From Bacteroidota bacterium (lineage in GTDB: Bacteria; Bacteroidota; Bacteroidia; Flavobacteriales; Flavobacteriaceae): a stretch of DNA of 64,000 nucleotides. The DNA lies in the NCBI GenBank assembly GCA_027619415.1, contig JAQCFO010000003.1, positions 45,596-109,595 on the forward strand, read 5' to 3'. The translations under genes and the position numbers were made by a program. Below the pieces are notes generated by a model. It ran no database searches and had not been told where the DNA came from. It worked only from the letters and a program-made list of their open reading frames with translations. Positions 42,351 through 52,369 of this stretch are shown here, piece after piece (positions within the stretch are counted from its first letter, which is position 1; each line of letters starts with the position of its first letter).

Positions 42351-44537
42351 TTATTCTTTGTCAAATGTAAAGTTTTTTGGGGGTTCTAGCCCTTTTAAAT
42401 GTTTTACAAAATAATCCCATTTTCTTCTTGTCATGTAGTTAGCCATATCTCCATATCCGTGTCTTTTATTTGGAAATAATATTAGATCAAAGTCTTTGTT
42501 GGCTTTAATCAAGGCGTCTACTACGATCATTGTGTTTGAGGGAGGAACATTGTCGTCTAGCATCCCGTGAGTAATTAACAGCTTTCCTTTTAAGTTTTCT
42601 ACTAATAGTTGATTTGCTTGAATATCATAATTAGTCTTGCTTACGTCATATTCTGTTTTACCGTCTTGAACTTCTAAGTCCAACGTTGTTAACAATCCGT
42701 GCCACTTCTCGCCCCAATCTGCCTCATAATTTCTATTGTCATGGTTTCCTGAACTAGAAACAGCTACGTCGTAAAAATCTGGATAACGCAACAAAGCTGC
42801 AGTTGATGCAAATCCCCCTCCAGAATGACCCCAAATTCCAACCCTAGAAATATCCATCGCCTTATATTCTTCTGACAGCTGCTTAATCGCTGTGATGTTA
42901 TCTGGCAATCCGTTATCGCCCATGTTTCCATAATAAGCATCATGAAAAGATTTAGATCTTCCAGGAGTTCCCATGGCATCAACGCTAACTACAACAAACC
43001 CAAGCTCTGCTAAGGCCTGATGATCTCGTCTTGCAACATTAAAAGAATAGTCTCCAACACTTCCTGATTGAGGCCCTGGATAGATATAATTTAATACAGG
43101 ATATTTATCTCTTTCATTATAATAGCTTGGAATGTATATTATCCCAAACAAATCTGTTTTATTGTCTCTTGCTTTTACTGAAAACTCTATTGGCTTTTGC
43201 CACCCATTTGTTATTAAATCTGATATATCTCCAGATGAAAGTTCTGATATTTTTTCTCCATTTCTGCTTTTTAATATAGAAACGGGAGGATTAGTTGTTG
43301 TTGAATAGGTTGTTACAAAATAGTTCCAATCAGGCGAAGGGTTAATTGTGTGTGTTCCCTTCTCGGGAGTTAAACAAACTAAGTCAGTTCCGTCAAAATT
43401 AACTTTGTAAAGGTATACATGATATGGATTGCCTTGCTCTTTTCCCCCAGCAGTAAAAAACAGCTCTCTTGAATCAAGGTCAATGTGCCTTAAGCTTCTA
43501 ACTAACCAATTTCCCTTTGTGATTTTATTTTTTAATTTCTTAGTTATTAAATCATAAAGATATAAATGGCCCCAATTCTCTTTTTCAGAGTACCAAATAA
43601 ATTCATTTGAATCAAAAAGAACCTTCCAGTTCTCACTTCTCAATCCAGATTCAAAATACGTTTCTACACTCTCTTTGTGAATTGATGAAATCTTACCTGT
43701 TTTTGCATCCGCCATTTGTAAATGCGCCTCTTTATGATCTCTTGAAGAAGAAACAAAAGCCAACTTTGACCCATCTTTACTCCATTGGGCATCTAACAAC
43801 TCCCCTCCTCTGCCTGCAATATGGTCCGTAGTTGTGGAGCGTTGAAAATCGTTTTTCATTTTAAACTTAATGATTTTGTTGTTCGACTTTAGGTCTATAA
43901 TTAATCGCTCTATTTCAAATATTTTATCATCTCCTGGCAAAGCATATTTCCAGGCTTGAAGTTTTGGGTGCCCAACATTAGTTGTTGTTAAGTACATTTC
44001 GCCAACGCCTCTCGCGTCTTGTTTAAAGGTAGCGATCTTGTCAGATTTTGGACTCCATTTAAGTACTGGCCCATCTGATTTTGTCCAGCCTGCGTTGTTA
44101 GTGGCATATCCATGGTTTTTTTGCCCGTCAAAAGTTAATTGAGTTTTTACATTTGTCTCTGTATTTCTAATCCATAAATTATAACTTTTTATATATGCGG
44201 CCAGCTTTCCGTTTGGAGAAAGAAACTCTTTTCTGTTTCTTGACGAATATTGGTTAGTCTCGTTTTCGCTTTCTGATTTCGAAACTTCCCCGTTTAGCAA
44301 GTTAATCCTGTAACTATTAAATCCTGTTTTTTCTTTTATTTTATACAAAAGAAAATCTTCATTGTCCCATTTTTGATAACTTACAACAGAGTTTACGTGT
44401 TGTCTTAGATTTTCACTAAAGTGTTTTGCTGCGTTTTCGTAATCACTTTTATCAAGAGACTCTTGATTGTTTAAATTGCACGAGTTAAATATTAGCAAAA
44501 AAAATACTATACAGATGTTTAAAAGAATGTTTTTCAT
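42351..44537 (-). CDS. S9 family peptidase (dipeptidyl-peptidase IV-like: beta-propeller plus alpha/beta hydrolase)
   Basis: DPP-IV N-terminal propeller pattern and catalytic GHSGGG, D and H motifs. I prefer ATG 44537 (MKNILLNICIVFFLLIFNSC signal) to the TTG at 44669. Confidence 0.9.
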   Translation of the reverse strand: MKNILLNICIVFFLLIFNSCNLNNQESLDKSDYENAAKHFSENLRQHVNSVVSYQKWDNEDFLLYKIKEKTGFNSYRINLLNGEVSKSESENETNQYSSRNRKEFLSPNGKLAAYIKSYNLWIRNTETNVKTQLTFDGQKNHGYATNNAGWTKSDGPVLKWSPKSDKIATFKQDARGVGEMYLTTTNVGHPKLQAWKYALPGDDKIFEIERLIIDLKSNNKIIKFKMKNDFQRSTTTDHIAGRGGELLDAQWSKDGSKLAFVSSSRDHKEAHLQMADAKTGKISSIHKESVETYFESGLRSENWKVLFDSNEFIWYSEKENWGHLYLYDLITKKLKNKITKGNWLVRSLRHIDLDSRELFFTAGGKEQGNPYHVYLYKVNFDGTDLVCLTPEKGTHTINPSPDWNYFVTTYSTTTNPPVSILKSRNGEKISELSSGDISDLITNGWQKPIEFSVKARDNKTDLFGIIYIPSYYNERDKYPVLNYIYPGPQSGSVGDYSFNVARRDHQALAELGFVVVSVDAMGTPGRSKSFHDAYYGNMGDNGLPDNITAIKQLSEEYKAMDISRVGIWGHSGGGFASTAALLRYPDFYDVAVSSSGNHDNRNYEADWGEKWHGLLTTLDLEVQDGKTEYDVSKTNYDIQANQLLVENLKGKLLITHGMLDDNVPPSNTMIVVDALIKANKDFDLILFPNKRHGYGDMANYMTRRKWDYFVKHLKGLEPPKNFTFDKE

Positions 44538-44736
44538 TTTTAATAGCGTTAGTTTACTTAAAGTTATGGTATTTAAAACTTTAACAGGATTAAAGTTTTG
44601 TTTATTAAACCCATTAACAATATGGCTGTAGTTGAGTTTGTTTAAGTTTTTAAAATTATTTTTTAACAACTTGACCGGTTCTTAATTTTTTGGTATATTA
44701 TTTGCTTAAATACTTTTGTTTATTATATCCTAAATT

Positions 44737-44895
44737 ATGAATATCACAGAGAAACACTATCAAAAAGCTATTTCAAAACTAGATAAGGGAGCAACAATTA
44801 ATGAGCTATATGAATTACTCTATAAACACGAAAGGATGGAAGATTATAATGCATGTGCTGGCATTTTTAAAGCAATTAAAAGTAAGTCTTCCTAG
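44737..44895 (+). CDS. possible small protein (52 aa)
   Basis: MNITEKHYQKAISKLDKGATINELYELLYKHERMEDYNACAGIFKAIKSKSS. Not in the track. Overlaps the 5' extension of 44801..45226. Confidence 0.4.
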   Translation: MNITEKHYQKAISKLDKGATINELYELLYKHERMEDYNACAGIFKAIKSKSS

Positions 44896-45226
44896 TTTGA
44901 CAAAAACAGTCTTCTTGGTGTTTTTTTTGTTTACCTTTTTCTCTTGCAGCGAGGATTACAGAAAAATTTCTTCTATTTCGGAAATAGAAGGATTTTGGGG
45001 AAACGATAAAAAATCTTTTCGAGTTGATGTGGAAAAAATGATCATTACTTGCTCTGATTCTACTTTATTAACTTTAACTTCTAGGCCGTATGATCGATCC
45101 AAAATAACCGTGTCTACTGGAAGTATTATGTTGTTTGATGCTTATGTTTTTATTGATAGTAGCGGCTCCTCTATTAAAATATCTAAGATTAACAAAAAAG
45201 AATCCTCCATATACTCAAAAAAATGA
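44801..45226 (+). CDS. hypothetical lipoprotein (start uncertain: ATG 44849 or TTG 44897 more likely than 44801)
   Basis: FLFTFFSCSED lipobox. The N-terminal 32 codons overlap the small ORF 44737..44895. Confidence 0.45.
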   Translation: MSYMNYSINTKGWKIIMHVLAFLKQLKVSLPSLTKTVFLVFFLFTFFSCSEDYRKISSISEIEGFWGNDKKSFRVDVEKMIITCSDSTLLTLTSRPYDRSKITVSTGSIMLFDAYVFIDSSGSSIKISKINKKESSIYSKK

Positions 45227-46158
45227 AAAACTTTATAATAATCCTGATGCTGCTATCATTATCCCAAATTCACTGTCAAATAATAACAGAAAAGTTGGTG
45301 GAAAAACACCTGGCTACTCTTTCTGATGACTTAATGGAGGGCAGAAGAATAGGAACAACAGGGATTGAAAAAGCTGCTCAATATATTGAATCTGAATTTA
45401 TTCGGATTGGGCTAAGTAAATTTAAACCTCTAAAATCATATCGACAAGAATTTAAACACAAAGAAATACATCTTAGCAATCTAATTGGTGTTTTAAAGGG
45501 GAAAAGCAAAGCAGATGAATATGTTGTTATTTCTGCCCATTATGATCATCTTGGGATAAGTTCAAGCAAAGACGACTTTAATGGTGACCTTGTTTTTAAC
45601 GGGGCTAATGATAATGCTTCTGGAGTGAGCGCTGTTCTTGCTTTAGCGGAACATTACAAGGCTCTTGATGTCAATGAAAGAAGCATTTTGTTTGTAGCTT
45701 TTACAGCTGAAGAAGCTGGGTTACTCGGGTCTAGTTATTTCGGAAAACAAATCAATTCAAAAAATATTATTGCTGGAATTAATGTAGAAATGATTGGTAA
45801 AGAATCCCCCTTTGGTCCAAAAACAGCATGGCTAACAGGTTTTGATCGTTCAGATTTCGGAAAAATTGTTCAAAAAAATCTCATCAACTCTAACTACAGT
45901 CTTTATCCGGATCCTTATAAAGATTTTCGTTTGTTTTTTAGATCTGATAATGCCTCTTTAGCGAGGCTTGGGGTGCCAGCACACACTTTTTCAACAAGCC
46001 CAATGGACAAAGACCTTGACTATCATAAGGTTTCTGATGAAATCAATACGCTTGATCTTTTTACTGTTTCAGAAACCATTAAAGCTATAGCTATGGGAAT
46101 TCTTTCTATTATTAAGGGAGATGATACGCCTACGCGAGTTATAATGCAAAAAGATTAA
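45223..46158 (+). CDS. M28 family metallopeptidase
   Basis: HYDHLG, NDNASGVSAVLALAE and FTAEEAGLLGS motifs, plus a signal peptide. Confidence 0.85.
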   Translation: MKNFIIILMLLSLSQIHCQIITEKLVEKHLATLSDDLMEGRRIGTTGIEKAAQYIESEFIRIGLSKFKPLKSYRQEFKHKEIHLSNLIGVLKGKSKADEYVVISAHYDHLGISSSKDDFNGDLVFNGANDNASGVSAVLALAEHYKALDVNERSILFVAFTAEEAGLLGSSYFGKQINSKNIIAGINVEMIGKESPFGPKTAWLTGFDRSDFGKIVQKNLINSNYSLYPDPYKDFRLFFRSDNASLARLGVPAHTFSTSPMDKDLDYHKVSDEINTLDLFTVSETIKAIAMGILSIIKGDDTPTRVIMQKD

Positions 46159-46245
46159 CCTTTTTAACAATTCTCCTTAGAGGTTATGTTAATTACTAAT
46201 ATTATATTACATTTAATTAAGAGAACTAATCAAAAGAAGTGAATT

Positions 46246-47697
46246 ATGAATTCAAAAAAATCTAGAAGAACTTTTATAAAAAAATCATCGGTCTTTGGAG
46301 CTGGGGTTTTTATTGTTCCCAGAAACGTTTTAGGTGGGCCAGGATACACCCCTCCCAGTGATCAATTAAACTTAGCGGCGATTGGATCTGGAGGAAAAGG
46401 AATTAGTGATATTTATAATTCTTCAGTAAATGGGAGAGAAAGAGTAGTTTCTCTATGTGATGTTGATTTTTCTGGCAGCGCCTCAGATTCTGTCAAAAGA
46501 TTTCCAAAAGCAAAACTATATACTGATTTTAGAATAATGCTAGATAATGAAAAGGACATAGACGCTGTAACGATTTCAACACCTGATCATGTTCACGGCC
46601 CTGCTGCTGTTTATGCAATGGAAAGAGATAAGCATGTTTATGTTCAAAAACCGATTACTCACAATATTAGAGAGGCAAGACTTCTTACTAAACTTGCTAG
46701 AAAACAAAAAGTAGTTACACAAATGGGTAATCAAGGAGGGTCTAACCCTTTGCTGAAAATGGTCCAAACGTGGATAGACTCTGGAAGAGTTGGCAAAATT
46801 TCTGAAGTTAAAGTTTGGACTAATAGACCTGTGTGGCCTCAAGGAGTTGAAATGCCTAGTCCCAATGCCAGTCTTAAACCAGAATCTTTAGACTGGAATT
46901 TATGGCTAGGGCCTGCAAGAGAAAAACCTTATATTCCAAGTCTACATCCCTTCAATTGGAGGGGATGGTGGGAGTATGGAACTGGAGCGCTTGGAGATGT
47001 AGGCTGTCATCTAATTGACATTCCTTTTAGAACATTGGGATTAAGGTATCCTAAAGATGCTGAATGTAGTGTTGGAAGTGTTTTTACTAAAATGTGGAAT
47101 CCTGACTATCACCCAGAGGGGTGTCCGCCTTCATCTTTAATTACTTTAAATTTTGATTCAACAGAAAAGAACGATTCCCCTATGCAACTAACTTGGACGG
47201 ACGGAGGAATAAGGCCTCCACATCCAGACATAATTCCTCCAAACAGCGATATTGGCGGACCTGGTGGTGAAAATGGCGTATTAATGATTGGAGAAAAAGG
47301 TATTATTTCTACCAATATAAATGACAGTTCACCCCTTACGCCTAAGCTATATCTTTATGATGGAGACACTGAGTTTAGCCCAGAAAAAGAAGAAATGTCT
47401 GAGCCTGAATACGGGCACCAAAGAAAATGGGTTGACGCATGTAAAGCGGGGTTTAACAGTAACGAACATCTTGATTTAACCTCCTCTTTTGATTACGCAG
47501 GGCCTATGACAGAAACTGTCTTAATGGGAAATTTAGCTATTAGGAGTTATATGCTAAGAAAAGAAAGTGCAAATGGAGGCTTTGACTTTTTTGGTAGAAA
47601 AAAACTTCTTTGGGATGGAGAAAACATGAGAATAACCAATCTAGAAGAGGCAAATCAATTTGTAACTAGAGATTACAGGTCTGGATGGAAGATTTAA
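46246..47697 (+). CDS. Tat-exported Gfo/Idh/MocA family oxidoreductase
   Basis: SRRTFIKKSSVFGAG twin-arginine signal, Rossmann LAAIGSGGKG, and VQKP motif. Confidence 0.88.
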   Translation: MNSKKSRRTFIKKSSVFGAGVFIVPRNVLGGPGYTPPSDQLNLAAIGSGGKGISDIYNSSVNGRERVVSLCDVDFSGSASDSVKRFPKAKLYTDFRIMLDNEKDIDAVTISTPDHVHGPAAVYAMERDKHVYVQKPITHNIREARLLTKLARKQKVVTQMGNQGGSNPLLKMVQTWIDSGRVGKISEVKVWTNRPVWPQGVEMPSPNASLKPESLDWNLWLGPAREKPYIPSLHPFNWRGWWEYGTGALGDVGCHLIDIPFRTLGLRYPKDAECSVGSVFTKMWNPDYHPEGCPPSSLITLNFDSTEKNDSPMQLTWTDGGIRPPHPDIIPPNSDIGGPGGENGVLMIGEKGIISTNINDSSPLTPKLYLYDGDTEFSPEKEEMSEPEYGHQRKWVDACKAGFNSNEHLDLTSSFDYAGPMTETVLMGNLAIRSYMLRKESANGGFDFFGRKKLLWDGENMRITNLEEANQFVTRDYRSGWKI

Positions 47698-47902
47698 ATT
47701 TGATTTTATAAAAGGCTTTTTTTAACGTTAAGGATTTAATGATATTGTTTGTAAAAACTTTCATAATGGCACAAATAATGGAATGACTCTTGCCGGCGAG
47801 GCGTGGATACGGGACTCTTTTTAAGTTAAAATAACTTCACGCTCTTTTTGTTATATAGTATTCCTAGTTAATTACCTTTATCGTGCTGTTTTATAAAATT
47901 CA

Positions 47903-48619
47903 ATGAAACCAAATCAATCGCTTAGTTCTTCTAAAAAAACTCAAATTGAAAACATGTTTGATTCCATTTCTGTTGAATATGATTTTTTAAACCGAATCAT
48001 TACTTTTGGAAATGATCTAAGATGGAAAAAGAAAATGTGTTCGATTGCAAAAAGCTATAATCCTAAAAAACTTTTAGATATTGCTACAGGAACTGCTGAC
48101 ATTGCCTTAGAGCTTGCAAAAATAAAAAACGCGAAAACCATCGGAGTAGACATTTCTAAAAAAATGTTGGAAGTAGGAAGGAAGAAAATTGTTGATCAAA
48201 ACTTATCTGACAATGTTGTTTTAAAATCTGGTGATGCAGAAAATCTTAATTTTTCCGATTCATGTTTTGATGTGGTAACTATTGGTTTTGGGGTAAGAAA
48301 TTTTCAGAATTTAGAAAAGGGGTTAAAAGAAAGTTGCCGCGTTCTTAAAAAAGATGGTGTTTTAATCGTTCTAGAAACCTCTGTTCCAGAAAACGCTATA
48401 ATTAGGTTTTTTTACTTTTTGTTTAGCAGATCTTTCATTCCATTTGTTGGCTCACTATTCTCTAAAGACAAACGGGCATATGAATATCTTCAAAAATCCG
48501 CTGAGAAATTTCCTAGCGGCAAGAAGTTTGTTTCTGTTCTTGAAGACTGCGGGTTTAAAAACATTACTATTAAACCCTTAATGCTTGGAGCAACTTCAAT
48601 TTATGTGGCTCTCAAATAA
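47903..48619 (+). CDS. ubiE: demethylmenaquinone methyltransferase (UbiE/MenG)
   Basis: MFDSISVEYDFLNRIITFGNDLRWKK plus SAM motif LLDIATGTAD. Confidence 0.92.
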   Translation: MKPNQSLSSSKKTQIENMFDSISVEYDFLNRIITFGNDLRWKKKMCSIAKSYNPKKLLDIATGTADIALELAKIKNAKTIGVDISKKMLEVGRKKIVDQNLSDNVVLKSGDAENLNFSDSCFDVVTIGFGVRNFQNLEKGLKESCRVLKKDGVLIVLETSVPENAIIRFFYFLFSRSFIPFVGSLFSKDKRAYEYLQKSAEKFPSGKKFVSVLEDCGFKNITIKPLMLGATSIYVALK

Positions 48620-48636
48620 TTTTTCTTTAATTATAA

Positions 48637-49686
48637 ATGATTTCTAATAACGCTTTTTTTCATCAAGTACGTTTTTTAATAAAAGAGAAACGCTCATTTG
48701 CAGCATTTCGAAATCCTGAATCAAATTTACTAGAGTGTTATGTAAGCTCAGATAAAATTCCAAAAAAAGAAGCAAACCCGTCTGGTTCTGGATTTATTAT
48801 AAAACCGTTTAACCCTACTAGTGGAGGGTACCTTATTTCATCTAACAATATTGTTTCAACTCACTATTTAAAAAACAAAGAATCAAGGGCCTTGTCTTTT
48901 TTTGAAGAGAAATTTCCTTTAGATTTTAAAAAAAATAAAAAACAATATATTGATGATGTTACAAGCATCGTGGATCAAATTTCTTTCTCAGATTTAATAA
49001 AAGTTGTTTATTCTAACTGTTTTGAGTTTCCTCTTAAATCTGAAAACACCATTGAATATTTTAAAAATATTTTAGATCTGTACCCAGTTGCATTTTGTTA
49101 TTTGTTTTTTCATCCTGAAGAGGGTTTTTGGATCGGAGCAAGCCCTGAAACTCTAGTTGAGATTCAAGACAATAAAATTTCAACAATGGCTTTAGCGGGA
49201 ACAAAAATCCTAACTGATTCCAATTGGAGCGAAAAAGAGCTCCTTGAACAAAAAATAGTTGAAGACGAAATTAAAAAAACATTGAATCCTCATTGTCAAA
49301 ATTTAACTTCCCAAGAACTCCAAACCTCAAAGGCTGGTAAAATTGAGCATTTAAAAACTCTCATCACAGGATTTACAAGTAAATCTCCTAAAGAAATAGT
49401 AGCAGCTCTGCACCCAACTCCTGCAGTTGCCGGTGTCCCAAAAAACAAGGCCATTTCAATTATAGCTGAAAAAGAAAAGCACGACAGATCCTTTTATTCG
49501 GGTTATTTAGGTAAAATTGATTCTAAAAACTGCGCCCTTTTTGTAAACCTTAGGTGTCTACAAATAAAAGACAACAACGCTAGGCTATTTGTTGGAGGAG
49601 GAATAACCAAGGATAGTATTCCTGAAAAGGAGTGGGAAGAAATAATACACAAGTCTCGAACGATGATAGATGCTCTTTTTAAGTAG
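48637..49686 (+). CDS. menF: isochorismate synthase
   Basis: Chorismate-binding C-terminal motifs ALHPTPAVAGVPK, SFYSGYLG and GGGI. Confidence 0.85.
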   Translation: MISNNAFFHQVRFLIKEKRSFAAFRNPESNLLECYVSSDKIPKKEANPSGSGFIIKPFNPTSGGYLISSNNIVSTHYLKNKESRALSFFEEKFPLDFKKNKKQYIDDVTSIVDQISFSDLIKVVYSNCFEFPLKSENTIEYFKNILDLYPVAFCYLFFHPEEGFWIGASPETLVEIQDNKISTMALAGTKILTDSNWSEKELLEQKIVEDEIKKTLNPHCQNLTSQELQTSKAGKIEHLKTLITGFTSKSPKEIVAALHPTPAVAGVPKNKAISIIAEKEKHDRSFYSGYLGKIDSKNCALFVNLRCLQIKDNNARLFVGGGITKDSIPEKEWEEIIHKSRTMIDALFK

Positions 49687-49719
49687 CTCATTAATTCATT
49701 TACTACATTTGTATCCTTA

Positions 49720-51492
49720 ATGATGTATCCAACAATTCCTTCTGCTCAAACAATTTTGCTTTACTGCTTGAAGTTCAACATAACTGATGTCGTTATTTCT
49801 CCAGGCTCTAGGAATATTCCTTTGGCAATCGGATTCTCTTCTAATAAGGCGTTTAATTGCTATAGTATTGTTGACGAAAGATCTGCAGGATTTTTTGCTC
49901 TTGGCATGGCTCAACAAACAAAAGTTCCAGTAATATTGTTGTGTACTTCAGGAACCGCTTTATTAAACTATTCTCCTGCAATAGCCGAAGCGTATTATAG
50001 TAACATCCCTTTAATAATTCTTTCTGCAGATAGGCCAACATACCAAGTCAATATAGGAGATGGTCAAACAATTGACCAAAATAAAGTTTTTGGCAACAAT
50101 GTTTTATCCTCCTGTTCTCTTCTACAAGATGTAACTCATCACACTGACGCTATTCTAAAAAGCAATATTCAAAATTTAATTAAAACTCCTTTCAGTGTAG
50201 CTTCGATAAAAAAACAACAATCAAAAATTCAAAATTTTAATGAAAAGCTTATTTCTTCTTCTTTTTTAAAGGCAATACAATTAAAAAAGCCCCTACATCT
50301 TAACGTCCCCTTTGAAGAACCCTTGTATGATTTTAATTCTATTGAGTCTATTAAAATCTCTAAAAAACCAATCCTTTTTGACGCTTCTGATCAGGAAATA
50401 AATTTAGGGGAGCTTAAGGCTTTGTTTGAAAAAAAATATAAGACATTACTTTTAGTAGGCTGTTCGAAACCCAGTTATTTGTCGAAAAAAACTCAACAAA
50501 AGTTAGCAGAAAAAACTGGAATTGTTGTGCTAACTGAGTCTACTTCCAATTTAAATCACAAAGCTTTTTTTGGAAATATTGATCAAATAATCGCCCCTAT
50601 TGAGGCTTTAAAAGATAAAAAAATTATCTTTTCAAATTTAAAGCCTCAAATATTAATTACACTAGGAGGAATGGTTGTTTCAAAAAAAATCAAACAATTT
50701 CTGAGGGATTATTCTCCGCTACATCATCTGCATGTTGGACTTGACACACCCTATGACACTTACTTTATTGGAGTAAAACACATAAAATCAGATCCTAATT
50801 TATTTTTTGAAAAAATACTTTTACATACTAATATAGATTTAACATACAGAAATTCATGGACGGAATTATCTAATAGGCGCCAGTTATTTCACGAGGATTT
50901 TATTAAACAGGCTCCCTTTTCAGATTTGATAGTGTTTTCTGTTATGTCTTCTAAAATTCCTGCTAATTATCAAGTGCATATTGCTAATAGTTCTCCTATA
51001 AGATATTTACAGCTTTTTAAAATGTCTAATCCTAATGCCGTTTATTGCAACAGAGGTACTAGCGGAATTGACGGCAGTACTTCTACTGCTGTTGGGGCAT
51101 CAGTTGTAAATAATGTCCCAACGCTATTAATAACGGGAGATTTAAGTTTTTTCTATGACGCCAATGGTCTTTGGAATAATTATGTTAATTCAGATTTTAG
51201 AATTATTATAATCAACAATCATGGTGGTGGAATCTTTAGGATATTGCCCGGCCATAAAGAAAATAAGTTGTTTTCTTCTTTTATTGAAACTAAGCACAAC
51301 TTGAGCGCTAAACAAATTGCGAAAATGCATGGATTTATATATCAAAACAAGAAAACTAAGCTTGGGCTAAGGGTTTCTTTAATGCGTTTTTTTAGAAAAT
51401 CAAGCGCTCCTAGAATTTTAGAAATAACCACTTCCTCTAAACTTAGTTCTGAAACTTTAAAAAATTATTTTAAATTTTTGTCTAATTCTTAA
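49720..51492 (+). CDS. menD: 2-succinyl-5-enolpyruvyl-6-hydroxy-3-cyclohexene-1-carboxylate synthase
   Basis: ThDP enzyme pattern: VISPGSRNIPLA, ERSAGFFALG, SADRP, GTSGIDG, GDLSFFYD. Confidence 0.92.
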   Translation: MMYPTIPSAQTILLYCLKFNITDVVISPGSRNIPLAIGFSSNKAFNCYSIVDERSAGFFALGMAQQTKVPVILLCTSGTALLNYSPAIAEAYYSNIPLIILSADRPTYQVNIGDGQTIDQNKVFGNNVLSSCSLLQDVTHHTDAILKSNIQNLIKTPFSVASIKKQQSKIQNFNEKLISSSFLKAIQLKKPLHLNVPFEEPLYDFNSIESIKISKKPILFDASDQEINLGELKALFEKKYKTLLLVGCSKPSYLSKKTQQKLAEKTGIVVLTESTSNLNHKAFFGNIDQIIAPIEALKDKKIIFSNLKPQILITLGGMVVSKKIKQFLRDYSPLHHLHVGLDTPYDTYFIGVKHIKSDPNLFFEKILLHTNIDLTYRNSWTELSNRRQLFHEDFIKQAPFSDLIVFSVMSSKIPANYQVHIANSSPIRYLQLFKMSNPNAVYCNRGTSGIDGSTSTAVGASVVNNVPTLLITGDLSFFYDANGLWNNYVNSDFRIIIINNHGGGIFRILPGHKENKLFSSFIETKHNLSAKQIAKMHGFIYQNKKTKLGLRVSLMRFFRKSSAPRILEITTSSKLSSETLKNYFKFLSNS

Positions 51493-51537
51493 CGATTGAT
51501 TTCTCTCTTGAAAATCTTATCTTTATAAAAAAAATTC

Positions 51538-52356
51538 ATGACAGCTAAGTGGGTACATATTAAAAAATATTCTGATATAAAATTTGAGCTTTATATGGGG
51601 GTTGCTAAAATAACTATCAATAGACCAAAAGTTTACAATGCTTTTAGGCCAGAAACTAATATTCAAATGCTTGAAGCTATTGATCTTTGCCGTGAAAGAA
51701 GCGATATTGATGTTGTTGTTTTTACTGGTGCAGGCGACAAAGCTTTTTGTAGCGGAGGGGATCAAAATGTAAAAGGGTCTGGAGGTTATATAGGGGATGA
51801 TGGTGTCCCAAGATTAAATGTTTTGGATTTACATAAAAAAATAAGAGAAATCCCTAAGCCTGTTATAGCTATGGTTAATGGGTATGCTATCGGGGGAGGG
51901 CATGTTTTGCATGTTGTTTGTGACTTGACCATTGCTAGTGAAAATGCCGTTTTTGGACAAACCGGACCTAAAGTCGGCAGCTTTGACGGAGGGTTTGGGG
52001 CATCATATTTAGCTCGCCATGTAGGGCAAAAAAAAGCTAGAGAAATTTGGTTTTTATGTCAACAATACTCTGCAACAGAAGCGTTCGAAATGGGAATGGT
52101 AAATAAAGTTGTTCCTTTAAAAAAACTAGAAGAAACGGTTTTAGAATGGTGCTCTATTATGCAACAAAGAAGTCCACTGGCTCTTAGAATGATTAAGCGA
52201 AGTCTTAATGCAGAGCTTGATGGCCAACACGGGCTAATGCAACTTGCCGGAGACGCTACTTTATTGTACTATTTAACAGAAGAGGCTCAAGAGGGTAAAA
52301 ATGCTTTTCTAGAAAAACGAGCGCCCGACTTTAAGAAATTTCCTAAATTTCCTTAA
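51538..52356 (+). CDS. menB: 1,4-dihydroxy-2-naphthoyl-CoA synthase
   Basis: Crotonase fold with [24 protein letters not shown] and GSFDGG. Confidence 0.96.
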   Translation: MTAKWVHIKKYSDIKFELYMGVAKITINRPKVYNAFRPETNIQMLEAIDLCRERSDIDVVVFTGAGDKAFCSGGDQNVKGSGGYIGDDGVPRLNVLDLHKKIREIPKPVIAMVNGYAIGGGHVLHVVCDLTIASENAVFGQTGPKVGSFDGGFGASYLARHVGQKKAREIWFLCQQYSATEAFEMGMVNKVVPLKKLEETVLEWCSIMQQRSPLALRMIKRSLNAELDGQHGLMQLAGDATLLYYLTEEAQEGKNAFLEKRAPDFKKFPKFP

Positions 52357-52369
52357 TCATAATTAAAAA

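Noticed and set aside
44538-44669. N-terminal extensions in the track created by TTG/GTG starts (DPP-IV 44669, trpS 19605, PBP1A 24210, YceI 36917, helicase 63930).
   Set aside because: The extensions lack conservation-like sequence. Internal ATGs give canonical N-termini or signal peptides. For the helicase, the frame simply continues past the window edge.
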